Below the pieces are notes generated by a model. The model was not told the origin of the DNA and ran no database searches. It saw nothing but the letters and a program-made list of their open reading frames with translations. A stretch of DNA of 63,980 nucleotides, the filler included, from Octopus bimaculoides (lineage: Eukaryota), in the NCBI RefSeq assembly GCF_001194135.2. It is 7 parts of 5 records of this genome, joined end to end, with 100 filler letters (N's around TTAATTAATTAA, not from the genome) between each part and the next. Parts side by side here need not be neighbours in the genome. Positions count along the whole stretch, not along the records: positions 29,076 to 43,752 come from NC_069006.1; positions 43,853 to 50,164 come from NC_068981.1; positions 50,265 to 59,611 come from NC_068981.1; 4 more parts are not named here. One strand, written 5' to 3'. Numbering within the stretch: position 1 is the first letter of the stretch; the number at the start of each line of letters is the position of its first letter. Below, in pieces: positions 39,920 to 54,095 of the stretch. The position numbers and the translations under genes are program-made.

Positions 39920-40830
39920 ATCAGATGGTGCTGTTAAGCTACACATGGCCTGGGTTAACTTTTGGCCGAAACATGTCTAAGTTATCTTAGTTGTAAGCAT
40001 TACTTGTTTTTCTCAGTCTTTGTTCCATTGGTTGCAGCCGTGATGAGACATTCGTTATTAAATTTATGACGTTCGCCTTTTGACATGCTAACAGATATAG
40101 TTTGTGACTTGAAGCATAGTCATATAATCTGAAGATTCACACTAATAAATTACTTGGGCTTCCGGTGAGAATCAATCCTTGAATCGATATTCAGAGGAAG
40201 ATTTTATAACCAAAGTCGTATAACCGGATATCCAATAAACTGTGCGAATGAATGATTCTGGAAACGAAAGGGACGCATAGAGTTACAGATCTATAAATCA
40301 AACGGATTTATTAATTTTGATTGATTGAAATCACTCACAACCTTTCCACATTAAAGACGTGTTGAAATATAATGAATTACATTGAATCCAAGTTGAAATT
40401 TATATTCCACCGCCAAGTAAGCCATTTTAGGTATTCGTTTCGAAAGCAATCCCGTTTATCGTTTTACCTCCAGCTTGTTTCAGTCATTCGATGCTGAAGC
40501 ATTGCTTTCAAGGGTTTATTCAAACATATCGATCCCAGTACTAGATTTTTTTTGTTAAATTTTGCAATTTTCTACCGGTTTCTTTTATTCAACCCCTAAG
40601 TTACTGGAACTTTTAACAACACAACACTGGTTGGGGACAAACTAACAACGGTAGAGGGATAAAAATGAACACATACACACAAAACATACACACATATACA
40701 TACATATATTATGCCTCAGCAGATATTAGTCGGCCTGGGGCTGTAGTAGAAGTGAATACTTGTCCAAAGTGTCACGCAGTGGGACTGAACCCGAAATTAA
40801 GTGGTTGCAAAGCGAGCATCTGACCACTGT

Positions 40831-41074
40831 GGACAAGTCCCTTAACCTCTTGGGGGTCATCGAGGTGCTGTAGCCATGCAACGTGTCTTGGGCGAGAAAG
40901 CCTGGCGGAGCCCATCCGTCTCCAGGTTAAATTTATTTCTACAGCCGAGTGGACTGGAGCAACGTGAAATGAAGTGCTTTGCTCAAGAACATAAAGGAAC
41001 GCCCGGTTCAGGGATCGAAACCACAATTTTACGATCGTGAGTCCAACACCCTAACCACTAAGCCACGCGCCTCC
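40831..41074 (-). mobile_element. Group C-head SINE with CORE-like centre and a distinct tail
   Basis: Minus strand GGAGGCGCGTGGCTTAGTGGTTAGGG head; TTCACGTTGCTCCAGTCCACTCGGCTG; tail differs from the 43181 copy. Confidence 0.85.
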
Positions 41075-41100
41075 ACCACTGTAAATATTTATAATTTGTA

Positions 41101-41306
41101 AGATAGTGAGCTGGTAGAATCGTATGCACGCCGGACAAAATGCTTAACACTATTTCCTCCTTTATATTCTGAGTTCAAATTCCGTCGGGGTCGACTTTGC
41201 TCTTTCATTTTCCGGTGTCGATACGATAGGTGGTAGTGGAAAACTGGGGTCAATGTAAACGACTAACCCACCTCCCTCGAAACTGGTGACCTCATGCCAA
41301 AAATGT
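41101..41306 (+). mobile_element. Group A SINE
   Basis: GTGAGCTGGTAGAATCG..CTGAGTTCAAATTCCG..GTCGACTTTGC. Confidence 0.8.
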
Positions 41307-41386
41307 CCAACTTGTATTTATAATTTGCTCAATAATATCCAAATCAGCACAAATACACACACACGTATATTTATGTAAACATAGAC

Positions 41387-41423
<37 letters not shown>

Positions 41424-41431
41424 TATGTGTG

Positions 41432-41463
<32 letters not shown>

Positions 41464-41503
41464 TGTATGTATGTATGTATGCGTGTATACGTGTGTATGT
41501 GTG

Positions 41504-41820
41504 GCTTACTGGTTATGGTATTCGGCTCATGGCCGTAAGGTCGTGAGTTCGAAACCTGGTTGTACATTCTGTCTCTGAGCAAGACTCGTTATTTAAAGTT
41601 GTTCTAGTCCCCTCAGCTGGCAAAAATGAGTGGTACCGGAAATGAGTGTATTTCAAAGGGTCAGCCTTGTCACACTCTGTGTCACGCTGAATCTCCTTGA
41701 GAACCATGTTTTCTTCGAAACATAAGTCGGAGTACCCAGCCACTTGTATGTTAATTTCACGATCAGGATATTCGTGTGATCGGATCAACTGGAACTCTCG
41801 CCATCGTAAGCGACGGAGGA
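41504..41820 (+). mobile_element. Group C SINE (CORE-like centre)
   Basis: Homologous to 43181-43496. Confidence 0.85.
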
Positions 41821-42171
41821 CCAGTTTGTGTACGAATATAATATAAGATAATGCTTCAGGTCACCCATGTATATTTAGTGACGTGTCTCTCACTTGTTTC
41901 ACCCCATCTCCTGCTATAATAATCAGATGGCAATAAGGAATTCTAATGTTTTTTGAGCTGTATATTTGCTGGTAATGCTGAGGAAGCGAGTCGATTGCAT
42001 AATAGCGACATTCAGCTTACTGAAACAAGCATAAATTAGCACTTAGACGTTGAGTTCATTTGTTCTTATATATGCATCCATGCAAACATAGTTACATAAA
42101 TACGTAAATACATTCATACACACACATCTGTCTATCTATCTATCTATCTATCTTAATACACACACACACAC

Positions 42172-42226
<55 letters not shown>

Positions 42227-42412
42227 TACATACATACACATAGATATACATATTTGGGCACACACACACGCATACACCCTTAAACACAAGCATACATGTC
42301 CAAGAGAATATAAATACAAACACGCATACACATATATATATATATGAATACATATGTGTGTGTGTGTGTATGTGTGTGTGTGTTATATGAATATAATATA
42401 CATGTATATATA

Positions 42413-43605
42413 CTAGGTCTGATCAATAAATATCCGGACTGTTGCCATAGTAACGAAGCTAAAGCACGCAGAGTAAAGCTGCTTGACACAGATTGACCTT
42501 GAACTCTGTTGTGCATGCGCACTAAGTTTTAACGCTCTACCTCACTACCGTTATTTACAGCAGTGCTTAAAAGGAGCATATGTAGCGTGTGATCGTCGCA
42601 TTGACCATCACAGGGAAAGTTGTCATGGTGATACCTGCTCAAAGGCTTACACAAAGTTAGAGAGTGTATGAAGAGGAGTGTATGAGCCGCATAAAAGTGT
42701 ACGAATGGGTCAGGCGTTTCCAAGATGGCCGCAAAAATGTCCATATTGATGAACGTTCTGGGAGACCCTCAACCAGCAGAACTGAGAAAAACATCGCAGA
42801 TGTGCGTGAAGCTGTGAGGGGAAATCGTCGAATCATCATCCGTGAGTTATCAGAGGATGCGCAGATTAGTTACGGTTCAGTTCAGTCCATTATCACTGAA
42901 GATTTGGGTATGAGACGCGTGTCTGCCAAGTTTGTGCCAAAACTACTTTCAGTTGACCAAAAAGACACTCGGGTTTCAGTCGCACAAGATCTTTTTGATT
43001 GTGTCAAGAACGATGAAAACTTTTTGAAAACTTTGCTTAGGCCTCTGAGCAGTTATCGTCGAGCTCTTGGCATAGTTTGACGCGGTTTCTCTGCTCAGTT
43101 TCTCTATCATGTTCAATGAGGCAATCATACGCTGTAAACAACAGAAATAAGCTAGAACGTTAAAACTTAGTGTACATGCAGTGAAGGCGCGTGGCTTAGT
43201 GGTTAAGGCATTCGGATTACGATCCTGTGGTCACGAGTTCGATTTCCGGCGACGCGTTGTATCCTTGTGCAAGAATCTTTATTACCCGTTGCTCCAGTTC
43301 ACTCAGTTAGCAAAAATGAGTAGTACCTGTATTTCAAAGAGTCAGCCTTGTAACGCTGAATTTCCCTGAGAACTACGTTAACGGTACGTGTGTCTGTGGA
43401 GTGCTCAACCACTTGCACGTTAAATTCACGAGCAAGTTGTGCCGCTGATCGTATCAGCTGATACCTGCATCATCGTAACCGACGGCGTGCTCCTTTTTAG
43501 TGTACCTGCGCAGCAGAGTTCGCAATCCATCTGTGCCAAGTGGCAATGCTCTCCGTGCTCTAGCTTCTTTACTATAGCAACAGTCCGGACACTTTTTCAC
43601 CAGAC

Positions 43606-43609
<4 letters not shown>
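42413..43609 (+). mobile_element. Mariner derivative: left end plus N-terminal transposase plus inverted second left end
   Basis: TA|CTAGGTCTGATCAATAAATATCCGGACTGTTGC; ORF EECMSRIKVYEWVRRFQDGR..DERSGRPSTS..VSAKFVPKLL; the reverse complement of 43030-43609 (SINE removed) repeats the left end. Confidence 0.9.
43181..43496 (+). mobile_element. Group C SINE with ~13-bp TSD inside the mariner right arm
   Basis: A-box TGGCTTAGTGG, B-box GAGTTCGATTTCC; TTAGTGTAC(A/C)TGC at 43167-43179 and 43497-43509. Confidence 0.9.
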
Positions 43610-43651
<42 letters not shown>

Positions 43652-44340
43652 CGTAAAGATATGAATATATTTATGTACGTATATATACGTATGTACATTT
43701 AGAGAGATAATTACACGATAAATACTCATAAATTCACACACACACACGTATANNNNNNNNNNNNNNNNNNNNNNNNNNNNNNNNNNNNNNNNNNNNTTAA
43801 TTAATTAANNNNNNNNNNNNNNNNNNNNNNNNNNNNNNNNNNNNNNNNNNNNTATATATATATATATATATATATATTTACATACATACGTACACATGTA
43901 TATGTGTATATGTATACATAGGCCGTAACTAGACACATATAGCTTTCACCAAGTACAACTTAATTTCTAGAATAGAGGCATTCATTCCTCAACTAGTTAT
44001 AAATTAGTTGGCATAAAAGTTTACAGAAGGTTGCAACTGATCCTTTACAATTTAGGAAATATTTGCTAATACAAATATATATGTTTATATCGTAGAATTT
44101 CAAGATGTATTTAATTTTATAATACTGCTATTATCAGTTGTTTTTAAATATAGGTTGTTTGTGATATTGCATGTATGTGTTTGCCTATATGTAATTAGTA
44201 TATAAAACAGGTATCGTTCGCTCACACGCTCTCTCCCCAACTGGTTCTACCAACCTATCTATCTATTCATCTAACTATCTATGTATTTATCTATCTTTCT
44301 CTCTGTCCAGACAGACAGACAGACAGACAGACAGACATAC

Positions 44341-44414
<74 letters not shown>

Positions 44415-45155
44415 ACATGCACACGCGCGCACAAACGCACACACACACACACACACACACAAACCATACAACAGTAAATATTTGTGAAATGTAGTCCTGT
44501 TAGATACGATATGTTTTCAGCTTTAAATGGTAGGCCCCTCGCACTGTCCTGTTCAGTACCGTCTTTTGGCGAGTGGATACCTTTGGTGTAGTTCGCTGTG
44601 TTGCAAGCATTCGAGTCAGAGTTCCAACAGAGACTTACAGCGACTTTGCGGCCCTCTGGCATCTTTGAAATTTCCCTATATGTCAAGAATTAGATCTAAA
44701 CCTACCTAAAAATGCTCCTTACACTCCTCTAAACTGGATGAACCCCGATCTAACCTAGAGCCTACACAGCACTTTTTCTCAACACGCGAACCGGATTTCC
44801 TTTTCCCCTTTCAGAAGCAGATACTCAACATTTATCAACAGTTTATCCGTGCTCTCCAGGCTACAAACTCCGCTGCTATATGTATAGTATAGTAGCGGGT
44901 TCTTCTTACACATCCGTGTGGACTACGCCATTTAAAATTTAAATGTGTTGGTTAAAATTATAATGAGCTGACAGCGAGAGGATATCAACTGCAACCTTTT
45001 CCTTGAATACAGCCAACTATCTTTCTCCTTCTCTTTCCAGTAATTCTTTCTATCAGTCTATCCCTCAGTAGACATATCTATATACACATTATATATACAC
45101 AAATGAGTGCGTGTATGTGTGAATATATAGATATGTATATATAAGTGTGCGTATA

Positions 45156-45383
45156 TACGAGGGGATACTGAAACGTTCCTGGCTTGAAAGGTGTCACGAA
45201 AGGCCTGGCTGGAGGCCAATACTTCCGGGTTCTTTTACAGGGCTTACGAAAATTGAGGGACCGCTGCAATAAGTATGTACTATTTCAGTATGAGAGTGGA
45301 ATATGTCGGATATAATCAGAATTAATAGATGATCCTGTATTTTCTTTTATCCAAAGCCAGGAACTTTTCAGCACCACATTGTA
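45156..45383 (+). mobile_element. Mariner-derived MITE
   Basis: TA-CGAGGGGATACTGAAACGTTCCTGGCTT ... AAGCCAGGAACTTTTCAGCACCACATTG-TA; internal KLRDRCNK..VEYV resembles a transposase C-terminus. Confidence 0.85.
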
Positions 45384-45617
45384 TACACAAGAACGTATGT
45401 GTACTTAGATATGTATATTTATATAATGCACACATATGACATTTGTGCATGTGCTCCAGCCTGGGGATGTATGGAAGAGGGTGTCTATGAACGCATTTGT
45501 CTGACCTTCAAATTCTAAAAATAATGGGCAACATGAACTTACGTAGAAAACTAAGTAATTCGATATTAATTTTAGTGGGAACGGGTGAAACTAACGTATG
45601 CAAGCATGTACGTATGG

Positions 45618-45684
<67 letters not shown>

Positions 45685-45693
45685 ATGTATATA

Positions 45694-45736
<43 letters not shown>

Positions 45737-47124
45737 TAAATATGTTTATAAAAAGTATATATGTGTATATATATGTATATACACACATTATATACATACA
45801 TATATATATACACACACACACATNNNNNNNNNNNNNNNNNNNNNNNNNNNNNNNNNNNNNNNNNNNNNNNNNNNNNNNNNNNNNNNNNNNNNNNNNNNNN
45901 NNNNNNNNNNNNNNNNNNNNNNNNNNNNNNNNNNNNNNNNNNNNNNNNNNNNNNNNNNNNNNNNNNNNNNNNNNNNNNNNNNNNNNNNNNNNNNNNNNNN
46001 NNNNNNNNNNNNNNNNNNNNNNNNNNNNNNNNNNNNNNNNNNNNNNNNNNNNNNNNNNNNNNNNNNNNNNNNNNNNNNNNNNNNNNNNNNNNNNATATGT
46101 ATATACACACATTATATACATACATATATATATACACACACACACATATATATATATATATAAGTATATATATACATGCATATATATCTATATATGCATA
46201 TATATAGTGGGGGTATGTGTGTAGATAGAGAAAAAAAGAGAGAGAGACAGTAAGAGGGGAGGAAAATTGACTTTTATTTTGGGTTTCGAGTGGGTGGAGT
46301 GGGTTGTTAATGTTTGTTCAGTATAAAATTAAATCATTATATTTATAACTCGGTGCTGAATTGCTAACCAGAGGTTATTGAAGTCCAAAATTTATTCAAT
46401 TAACGATATTGATAATAGCAAATTAAAACCTTGTTTGAAAGGAAGCAGTATGGAAGAATAGTCACAACAAATGAAATTTCAAAACATGAAAATGAAAAAT
46501 CATTAAAAAAAAAAATTATAAAAATAGTAAGTAAATAAGGAAAATGGGGGAGAGAAGGTGAAATTCAAGATATGGAATAATAAAAAGCAATGGAGTAACA
46601 AGTTAAGAAAAGCTAGGGGGGAGGGTGCATGTTAACAAGGTTGTTTAGTTCATTGAGATACTAATTTTAAGGTTTATACAGATTTCAGTAATGAATCGGT
46701 AACTAATAGAGTGAAAGGAAGCTGGAAAAAAATGACTTCCCTTAATTATCAGTCTTTTTTTGTATCTTGAGAAATCCTACCTAGATTATAGGTTTCTTCT
46801 TTCTTTTCATCATTCTAGAATCTATAGTTTAATACAAGCAATACTGAGGTTGGAAAATTCCAATATTTACTTTTATTATATTGCGTAGAGAAATATTTTG
46901 GTGGTAAGTATCAGAATCAGTAGGAGCCTTACAAAATATCTAGGTTCAATTAGTTCCGCCCTTTTAAAGAATCTTCTGAAAATCCTGTTTGTTTTCGTGG
47001 TCTGACTTTAACGTTCATCTTCCTAAAATAATAAGTACAAGCAATCTAATGCGGTCGATTTATTCGACTGTGTATTCTCTCTTATGATTTATGACTTAAT
47101 AAGAAGGGCCGATACTTAAAGTAG

Positions 47125-47296
47125 AGGTTCAATCGATACCATCCACTCCCGTACTTGACTGACACTTTCTTCTATCAATCACTAAAAGATGAAAGATAAA
47201 GTTTATATCGATAGCATTTGAACTCAGAACATAAAAATCTGGAAGTGTATTATTTCCGAATTTTTGACACTCTAACAATTCTGTAAGCTCGCTACT
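47125..47296 (-). mobile_element. Decayed group A SINE
   Basis: ATTTGAACTCAGAAC B-box reverse complement; AAGATGAAAGATAAAG. Confidence 0.65.
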
Positions 47297-47998
47297 TTAC
47301 TCTTAACTATAATAATCCAAGCTTTAGTTTAACCGTTGAGAAGGAAAGTGTTGCTGCTTGTTTTCTTTACCCTTTTGCCAATGTTGATATTGTTGTTAAT
47401 ATAAAGAACGATAACTGACTGAAAGTAAAATGACTTCGAATACCTTACAGCATTTAGTGAAGCTAAAACATTTCAACTAAAATCCCACTCTTATGCACAT
47501 TGTCATTCAATTGGTGTCGACAAAATATGTTCTGCAGTCGATCTATTCGACTGCTCCCACCTCAAAAATATGAGAACTTGTGCTTATATAAAAAAGAACT
47601 ACCATTGTTGCTTATCTTAATTTGTTGGTGGAGTTATATAACTGAAATCTTAGCAAATACATGTGCTTTGCATTTTGTGGTACACAGTTTGTTTTTTGTG
47701 TGCGCGTGTGTGTGTGTGTTTTACCAAAAAACTCCTTTGTTCTTTTTTATGTGTTAATCAGTAGGAGACAGTCTATGTCTATACTTCCTTCGGGCTCTTT
47801 CAGATGGATTACCCAGAGTTGAAAGATGGCCAACTTTATGTATATGAGGAAAACGCAAATTGAAAGGTAACGTTGGTTTTTGTCTGAATGCTTGCGTTAG
47901 AGAGAACTCCACGAAAAGCATACAAAGACAAACAGTCCATTGCTAATATATGCTTTATAAAGGTGTAAAAAAACTTTCATTTTATCATATTTTATATT

Positions 47999-48384
47999 CT
48001 TTTACTTTTTGCAGCCACTGGGCTGCGGCCATGCTAGAGTAGTCTTGAGGGGATTTAAACGGAACAAATCATCTCCAGTACTTATTTTTAAGTCTGGTAT
48101 TTATGTTATTGGTCTTTATTCCCCGAACCACAAAGTAGTGTGGATGTAAGCCAGGCAGCACCGGTTGTAAAGTAGTATGAAGACAAACACAGACACAAAG
48201 ACACGTCCAAATAGATATACATATATACACAGTGGGCTTCCACACAGTTTTTATCTATGAAATTCACTTAAAAAAACATTGATTGGCCTGTGGCAATGCT
48301 AGAAACACATGCCCAAGATGCTGCATGATGGTATTGAACCCGAAACCACGTGGTTGCAAAGCGAGCTTCTTAACCACACAGCCA
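47999..48384 (-). mobile_element. Older full-length group B SINE
   Basis: Tail CTTTTAC..GCGGCCATGC, internal CA/TA tract, head GAACCCGAAACCACGTGGTTGC..CCACACAGCCA. Confidence 0.8.
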
Positions 48385-49649
48385 TAGTATGATAAATCAT
48401 ACATCAAATCCGATTCATAATTTGCCACAGGATATTTGTCAGATTTTATATTTCTTGGATTTTTTTCTTCTATATGTTGGATATATAAAAACCGAAAAAA
48501 GAAGAAAATGAGAAAAATCTCCTTGTTGAGAATGAAGATTTAAATAGGAAATCGAACGCTAAGTCCTAAATTCATTTCTGCAACAACGTACTGCAACAGA
48601 TGACTAAGTATATAATTAATTTCACACGGTTCACAGTCTCGGAATTTCTGACCGTAAGAGTGTATAATCAATTTAGATCAAAACCCTTCTCCAGTAATTT
48701 AATGGTACTTATATTATCCATACTCAGCCTGCCCCCAAGAAGACTAAAAGCTAAGGTGACATCAGGATGGTTTGACCTCACAACTTAAGGATAACTGATT
48801 CAATACTACATGATGTCCTGTTAGTCGCTGTACTGATTATGTGACCCAATGCAATAGTAAATAATTTCAACTACAAGAAAAATGCTGAAATTTGGTGGGC
48901 AGAAGAAACAGTTGATTATATGAACCTTAGCATGTGACTGGTGCTTTATTTTATCAACCATGGAAGATGCGGGATTTGATGCGGGAATATAAAAGGATGT
49001 AAATAAATATCGCATGTCATTGTGTCTGATACTGGACCGATATTGCCATTCCACCAGTTTCACAACCGTAAATAAAAGAATTTGAAATAACAATGCAGAG
49101 ATACTAGCAGGGATGCTCACCCCAATAATATTTGTTCCTTATATTGGTGTAGGGTTAAAATGGTTAAAGCTAGGAGTTTTGTCGCTTCACGCCAGCCTCA
49201 GAGTATTTCTGGTATGTACACTTTTAAAAGGCCCCAGAGGGGAATCAAACCCAATGTTATGAGAAATCTGAGCCTAAAGGGACTTGATTAACAACTGTAA
49301 GGAATTTAATATGGTCATGTATCCTGTCTACCATTCTCATTACCACGAAGCAACATATGTATTGTTCGAGACTTTTTCTTCCTTTCACTTGTGAATGATA
49401 CTAATTTTCTCAGCCCGATCAAAGAGGGATGTGGGGCTAAGACGAGTTGAACTCAGAAATTCAGGATGAAATTAAATATCTCAGGCCATTTAGTCCGGTT
49501 CCATTTAGAGATTTTCCCCATTCCAATGAATAAATAAAATAAACAACGTATATATACATATGTGTATGCATGTATATGCATAACTATGTATATGTGTATA
49601 TGTATATGCGTATATATATATGTATGTATATATAGATATATATATATGC

Positions 49650-49710
<61 letters not shown>

Positions 49711-50282
49711 TGATGGCTATGTTCAAAGTGACAAAAGTTTTCAAGTATGTTAAGCTTTTACTAGATTGTGTCACTGTTTTCATTTGTAATCTTTTAACAA
49801 GGTACATGAGTATGGCTTTCAAGCGGCTAGACTGCAACTAACCTTGTCAAGGCCACGTTACAATTCTAAAGAATAGATATCTACTACACACGCATTTGCA
49901 AGGCATATGCTTATAGATTCAACACCTTATAAACATTGCACTGTCTCTGACTATATGGCACATTTGTTTATTTCGCATTCGTTCAGTTCCGTCTAAGCGT
50001 GTTTTTTCTTTTTGTTATGTCGCGTGTGAGTGTGTGTGTGTGTGTGTGTGTGGGTGTGTGTGTGTGGGTGTGTATGCGTGCGCGTGTATTCTTTTATCCT
50101 TTTATTTGTTTCGGTCATCTGACTGCGGCCATGCTGGAGCACCACCTTGAAGGGTTTTAGTCAANNNNNNNNNNNNNNNNNNNNNNNNNNNNNNNNNNNN
50201 NNNNNNNNTTAATTAATTAANNNNNNNNNNNNNNNNNNNNNNNNNNNNNNNNNNNNNNNNNNNNCACACACACACGCACGCA

Positions 50283-50322
<40 letters not shown>

Positions 50323-51306
50323 GTGGGTGGCATGCAATTTTAAAAACTAATGCCCTATCTTAAATTAAAGTAGATGGAGCTACTTCATATTGTTTTCCTT
50401 CTGTCTGTCATAAAAACGAATGATTTACATGAAAATCTGATTTGCTATTAGCATTCACTTATATGTCTTAGGCATGCATATTGCCTGTCTTGCATTCATG
50501 AACCAAACGCCACAATGCATATTATTCAAGTTAGATAAAATTGATGGAAAGACAATGCTCATAAGAGCAATGTCTGTATAGAAATTAAACTTTCGAAAAT
50601 AAACTCTTCATCTGGAAGTTCAATATTGCCTAACTTTGAAACTTCGACTTTAATTTCACTTCAGTCCACTTGAGAATTTTGCTTGTTTTTAATGCGTGAA
50701 TGAGAGAGAGAGAGATAAAGAGGAACAGAAAGACAGACACTCAGAGATAGACAAAGAGGGAGAGTAATTTTCTATGTGGGTGTAAGCATGCAGTGTGTAT
50801 ATGTCTCTATATTAGTGTATCTCTGCATTTGTCTGTTTGTGTATATCTATGCAATCTGTGTTGTTTTGGATGTGTACCCTCAGGTGTGACAACACGCAAA
50901 TAGTCTGTCAAACATTTAGGTGAGACCTTCACTTCTATTATTCCAAATATAACATGACTCCACCTAACCGACGACCTTATTGTGCAATCTGACATTCAAT
51001 TGTTACTCGTGTGTAATGGATCTAGTGTTGCAGTCTCGATATCTCACCCTCTATGTTCTATCCAGCAAATTTTGGTATGAACACCAGCGAAGGTGGTAGG
51101 AGTAGGGTACTTATTGCTTTTCTCTACTTAAAATCCTATAAACTATCTCACGACATGCTACAATTAACATTCAAATCTTTTTCAGCTTACTTTCTTAAAA
51201 CATGGACAATATACTGGATGAATCTCAGTGTACCAGAAAAGATTTAAGGATGATCACAGACAGAATGACGATCGAGCTGTAACTTCTGGTACGCAGTGTT
51301 TTTTTC

Positions 51307-51354
<48 letters not shown>

Positions 51355-52768
51355 GTATGTATGCGTGTATGCATGAATATAAGTATGTGACTATGTATGA
51401 ATGCATTATACATTTTTTGTGTGTATGTATGTGTGTATGTGTCTATGTATATTTGTGTGTGTATGTATATATATATAACTATGTATCTATGTATATAATT
51501 ATGTGTGAATGTAGTATGCATTTTCTGCGTGTACACATGTATGTGTATATGTATGTATATATATATACATATATGAAGCCCAGACCATATTACGTGGTTT
51601 CGGATTCAGTTTTGCTGCGCAACGCCTTAAGTTGCTTTTTGCTTAGCTTAGAAATTATCAAAGGCTTGTGAGGGTAACTCCGTAGGCAGAAACAGTGGAA
51701 GATTGTTAGAATTACAGTTCTTGATGTTGGGCCATAGACTTCATCCGTTGACCAGTTTAACTTCTTGATTTTTAGTTGCTTTTAGCAAATCTAGTCCTTA
51801 TAAGCATTCACAACACATGCTGTATCTTCGATACTTATATCGCTCCTTTCTACCTTGAAAAAATGAAACCCAGAAGAGCTCTTTCTCCTCAGACTGAGCT
51901 TTTTAAATGAAATTGGCTTATGTGCTGTGTAAGAAGCGCTGTAGAACAAAATTACTTTAATCGGATAATTTCGAATAGAAATACCAAAGATAAAATTAAA
52001 ATACAGAAAAAAATTATGAAAAGACATAGGGTTAGGATCAAAATTAGTAACCGGAGCATAATGAGTAACTTCTCATCTCCCGTTATTTTATTCCTAAGTC
52101 TTTGAAACCATTACATTTCAAGTATCGCATCATTGTTTTGTATTAGGAGAAAAAACTGGTCAGCATAGTTGTTGTTGGTGTTGAGAGAATTCGAAACATA
52201 GTCAGGTAGCAGATCCTTTTCTTTCAAAAAACTTTTCCTCAACTTTGGCCCGATTTTAATCGGTGTTGCTATAAAATATCTGGATAATATTTGGTGTTTA
52301 ACAATCAATATCCTTTTCTCTGTTGGATTCAATTTTTTCCGCTCTAATGTCTAATTTGATAATTTTCAAGTTCCCCAAAAATAATATCTAAAATGAGGTC
52401 AAATGAGTAATGTCTAATTTCAGTAATAGCTTCTCTTTAACTTCGTGGTTAGTTAATATATCTCGAAGAGAACATTCCAGCAGATCGTGAATAAGCTATG
52501 GATAATAATTTATGCTGATTTTTTTTTTTAATAAGTCGTGTTTCGTTCATCATATGCCATTTTTCCCTGATTCCCTTTCATTTGATCTAGATATTTATTT
52601 ATTTATTGCATTTCTGATCTTTCTGAGGAATGGATATTGATGTGTATAAGTTTGTTTTCTGGAGAACTGAAGCGGTAAATTTACCTCATCTTGTCTTTCT
52701 CNNNNNNNNNNNNNNNNNNNNNNNNNNNNNNNNNNNNNNNNNNNNNNNNCGCACACACACACACACAC

Positions 52769-52808
<40 letters not shown>

Positions 52809-53300
52809 GTAACTTACAAATCAAGAGATAAAAGAGTTTCGTCTAACGAGTAGTTGGGATAATCATCGTGGACACAGAAGGAATCTCCGTTGAAAATGGG
52901 AAATATACATCCAATGCCTCCAGTTAAGAATTAATGAGACTGACCTGTGCCTTTTTTTTTATTTTTATTTAACCCCAATTCAAAACTACTGGTATATCTA
53001 GTACTCCATTTTCTAATACAATGCTTCTCAAACATTTTTTTTTTCTTTTGACAATCGCTCCCTTTCTTTCACTAAGAAGTTTTCAATCCAACTTTCTACA
53101 ATTCAATAAAATTAAATATTTAATTTTACTGAATTGTAGAAATTTGGATATATATTTACAAATGCGTATGTATTCGCATCATCATCTAATGATGTGTTTT
53201 AATGACTGACTTTAACACATATATGGAAAGACCCGTAAATTTTCGATAAAATCTTTTTTGCTACCTGTAATTCACATGCATAAAGAGTATATCTAGTATG

Positions 53301-53539
53301 TTTTACTTGTTTCGGACATTAGACTACGGCCATGCTGGGGCCTTGAAGGTTTTTAGTCGTCTTTTATTTTAAGCCTGATAGTTATTATATCGGTATATTT
53401 TTGCCAAACCGCTATGTTATAGGGACAGAGACACTGCAACAACGGCTGTGAAGCAGTCGTAGGGGACAAACACCGAGACAAAGACGTACGCGCACACACA
53501 CACACACGCACACACACACACACATGCGCACACACACAC

Positions 53540-53574
<35 letters not shown>

Positions 53575-53588
53575 NNNNNNNNNNACAC

Positions 53589-53630
<42 letters not shown>

Positions 53631-53782
53631 ATATATGTGTGTGTATGTATATATGTATATACACGACAGGCTTCTTTCAGTTTCTGTGTACCAAATCTAC
53701 TCACAAGGTTTCGGTCGGCCCGAGGCTATAGAAAGGTGCCACATTGTGGGACTGAACCCGGAACTATGTGGTTGGGAAGCAA
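53301..53782 (-). mobile_element. Full-length group B SINE with long internal (CA)n
   Basis: Same head and tail as 32582 and 23547; (CA)n about 53490-53625. Confidence 0.9.
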
Positions 53783-53879
53783 TTAGTTCTTTTTTTCTTA
53801 TTCGTTCATATCTCCAAATATTTTGCTATTGTTGATATCGTTGTTATTGATCATGGTGTTGCTACCTTGATTGTGTCAG

Positions 53880-54095
53880 ATAATAATTATTATATTAAAA
53901 ATTTAATATAATAATAATTATCATATTAAAAAGTTAATATAATAATCATATAATATAATAATATATATTATATTATTATATAATATATAATAATAATTTT
54001 AAAAGTTAATACAACAAAAAGTTAATATAATAATAATTAGTAACTATATTAACCAATTATATATTAGTTAATATAATAATAACTAAAACTTAACT
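53880..54095. repeat. AT-only degenerate minisatellite
   Basis: Recurring AAAAGTTAATATAATAAT units. Confidence 0.8.

Noticed and set aside
43181-43260. tRNA genes at SINE heads
   Set aside because: A and B boxes are present but no complete cloverleaf or acceptor stem; all continue into SINE bodies.
51791-52332. Short ORFs suggesting a gene or transposase
   Set aside because: No recognisable motif or convincing splice context.
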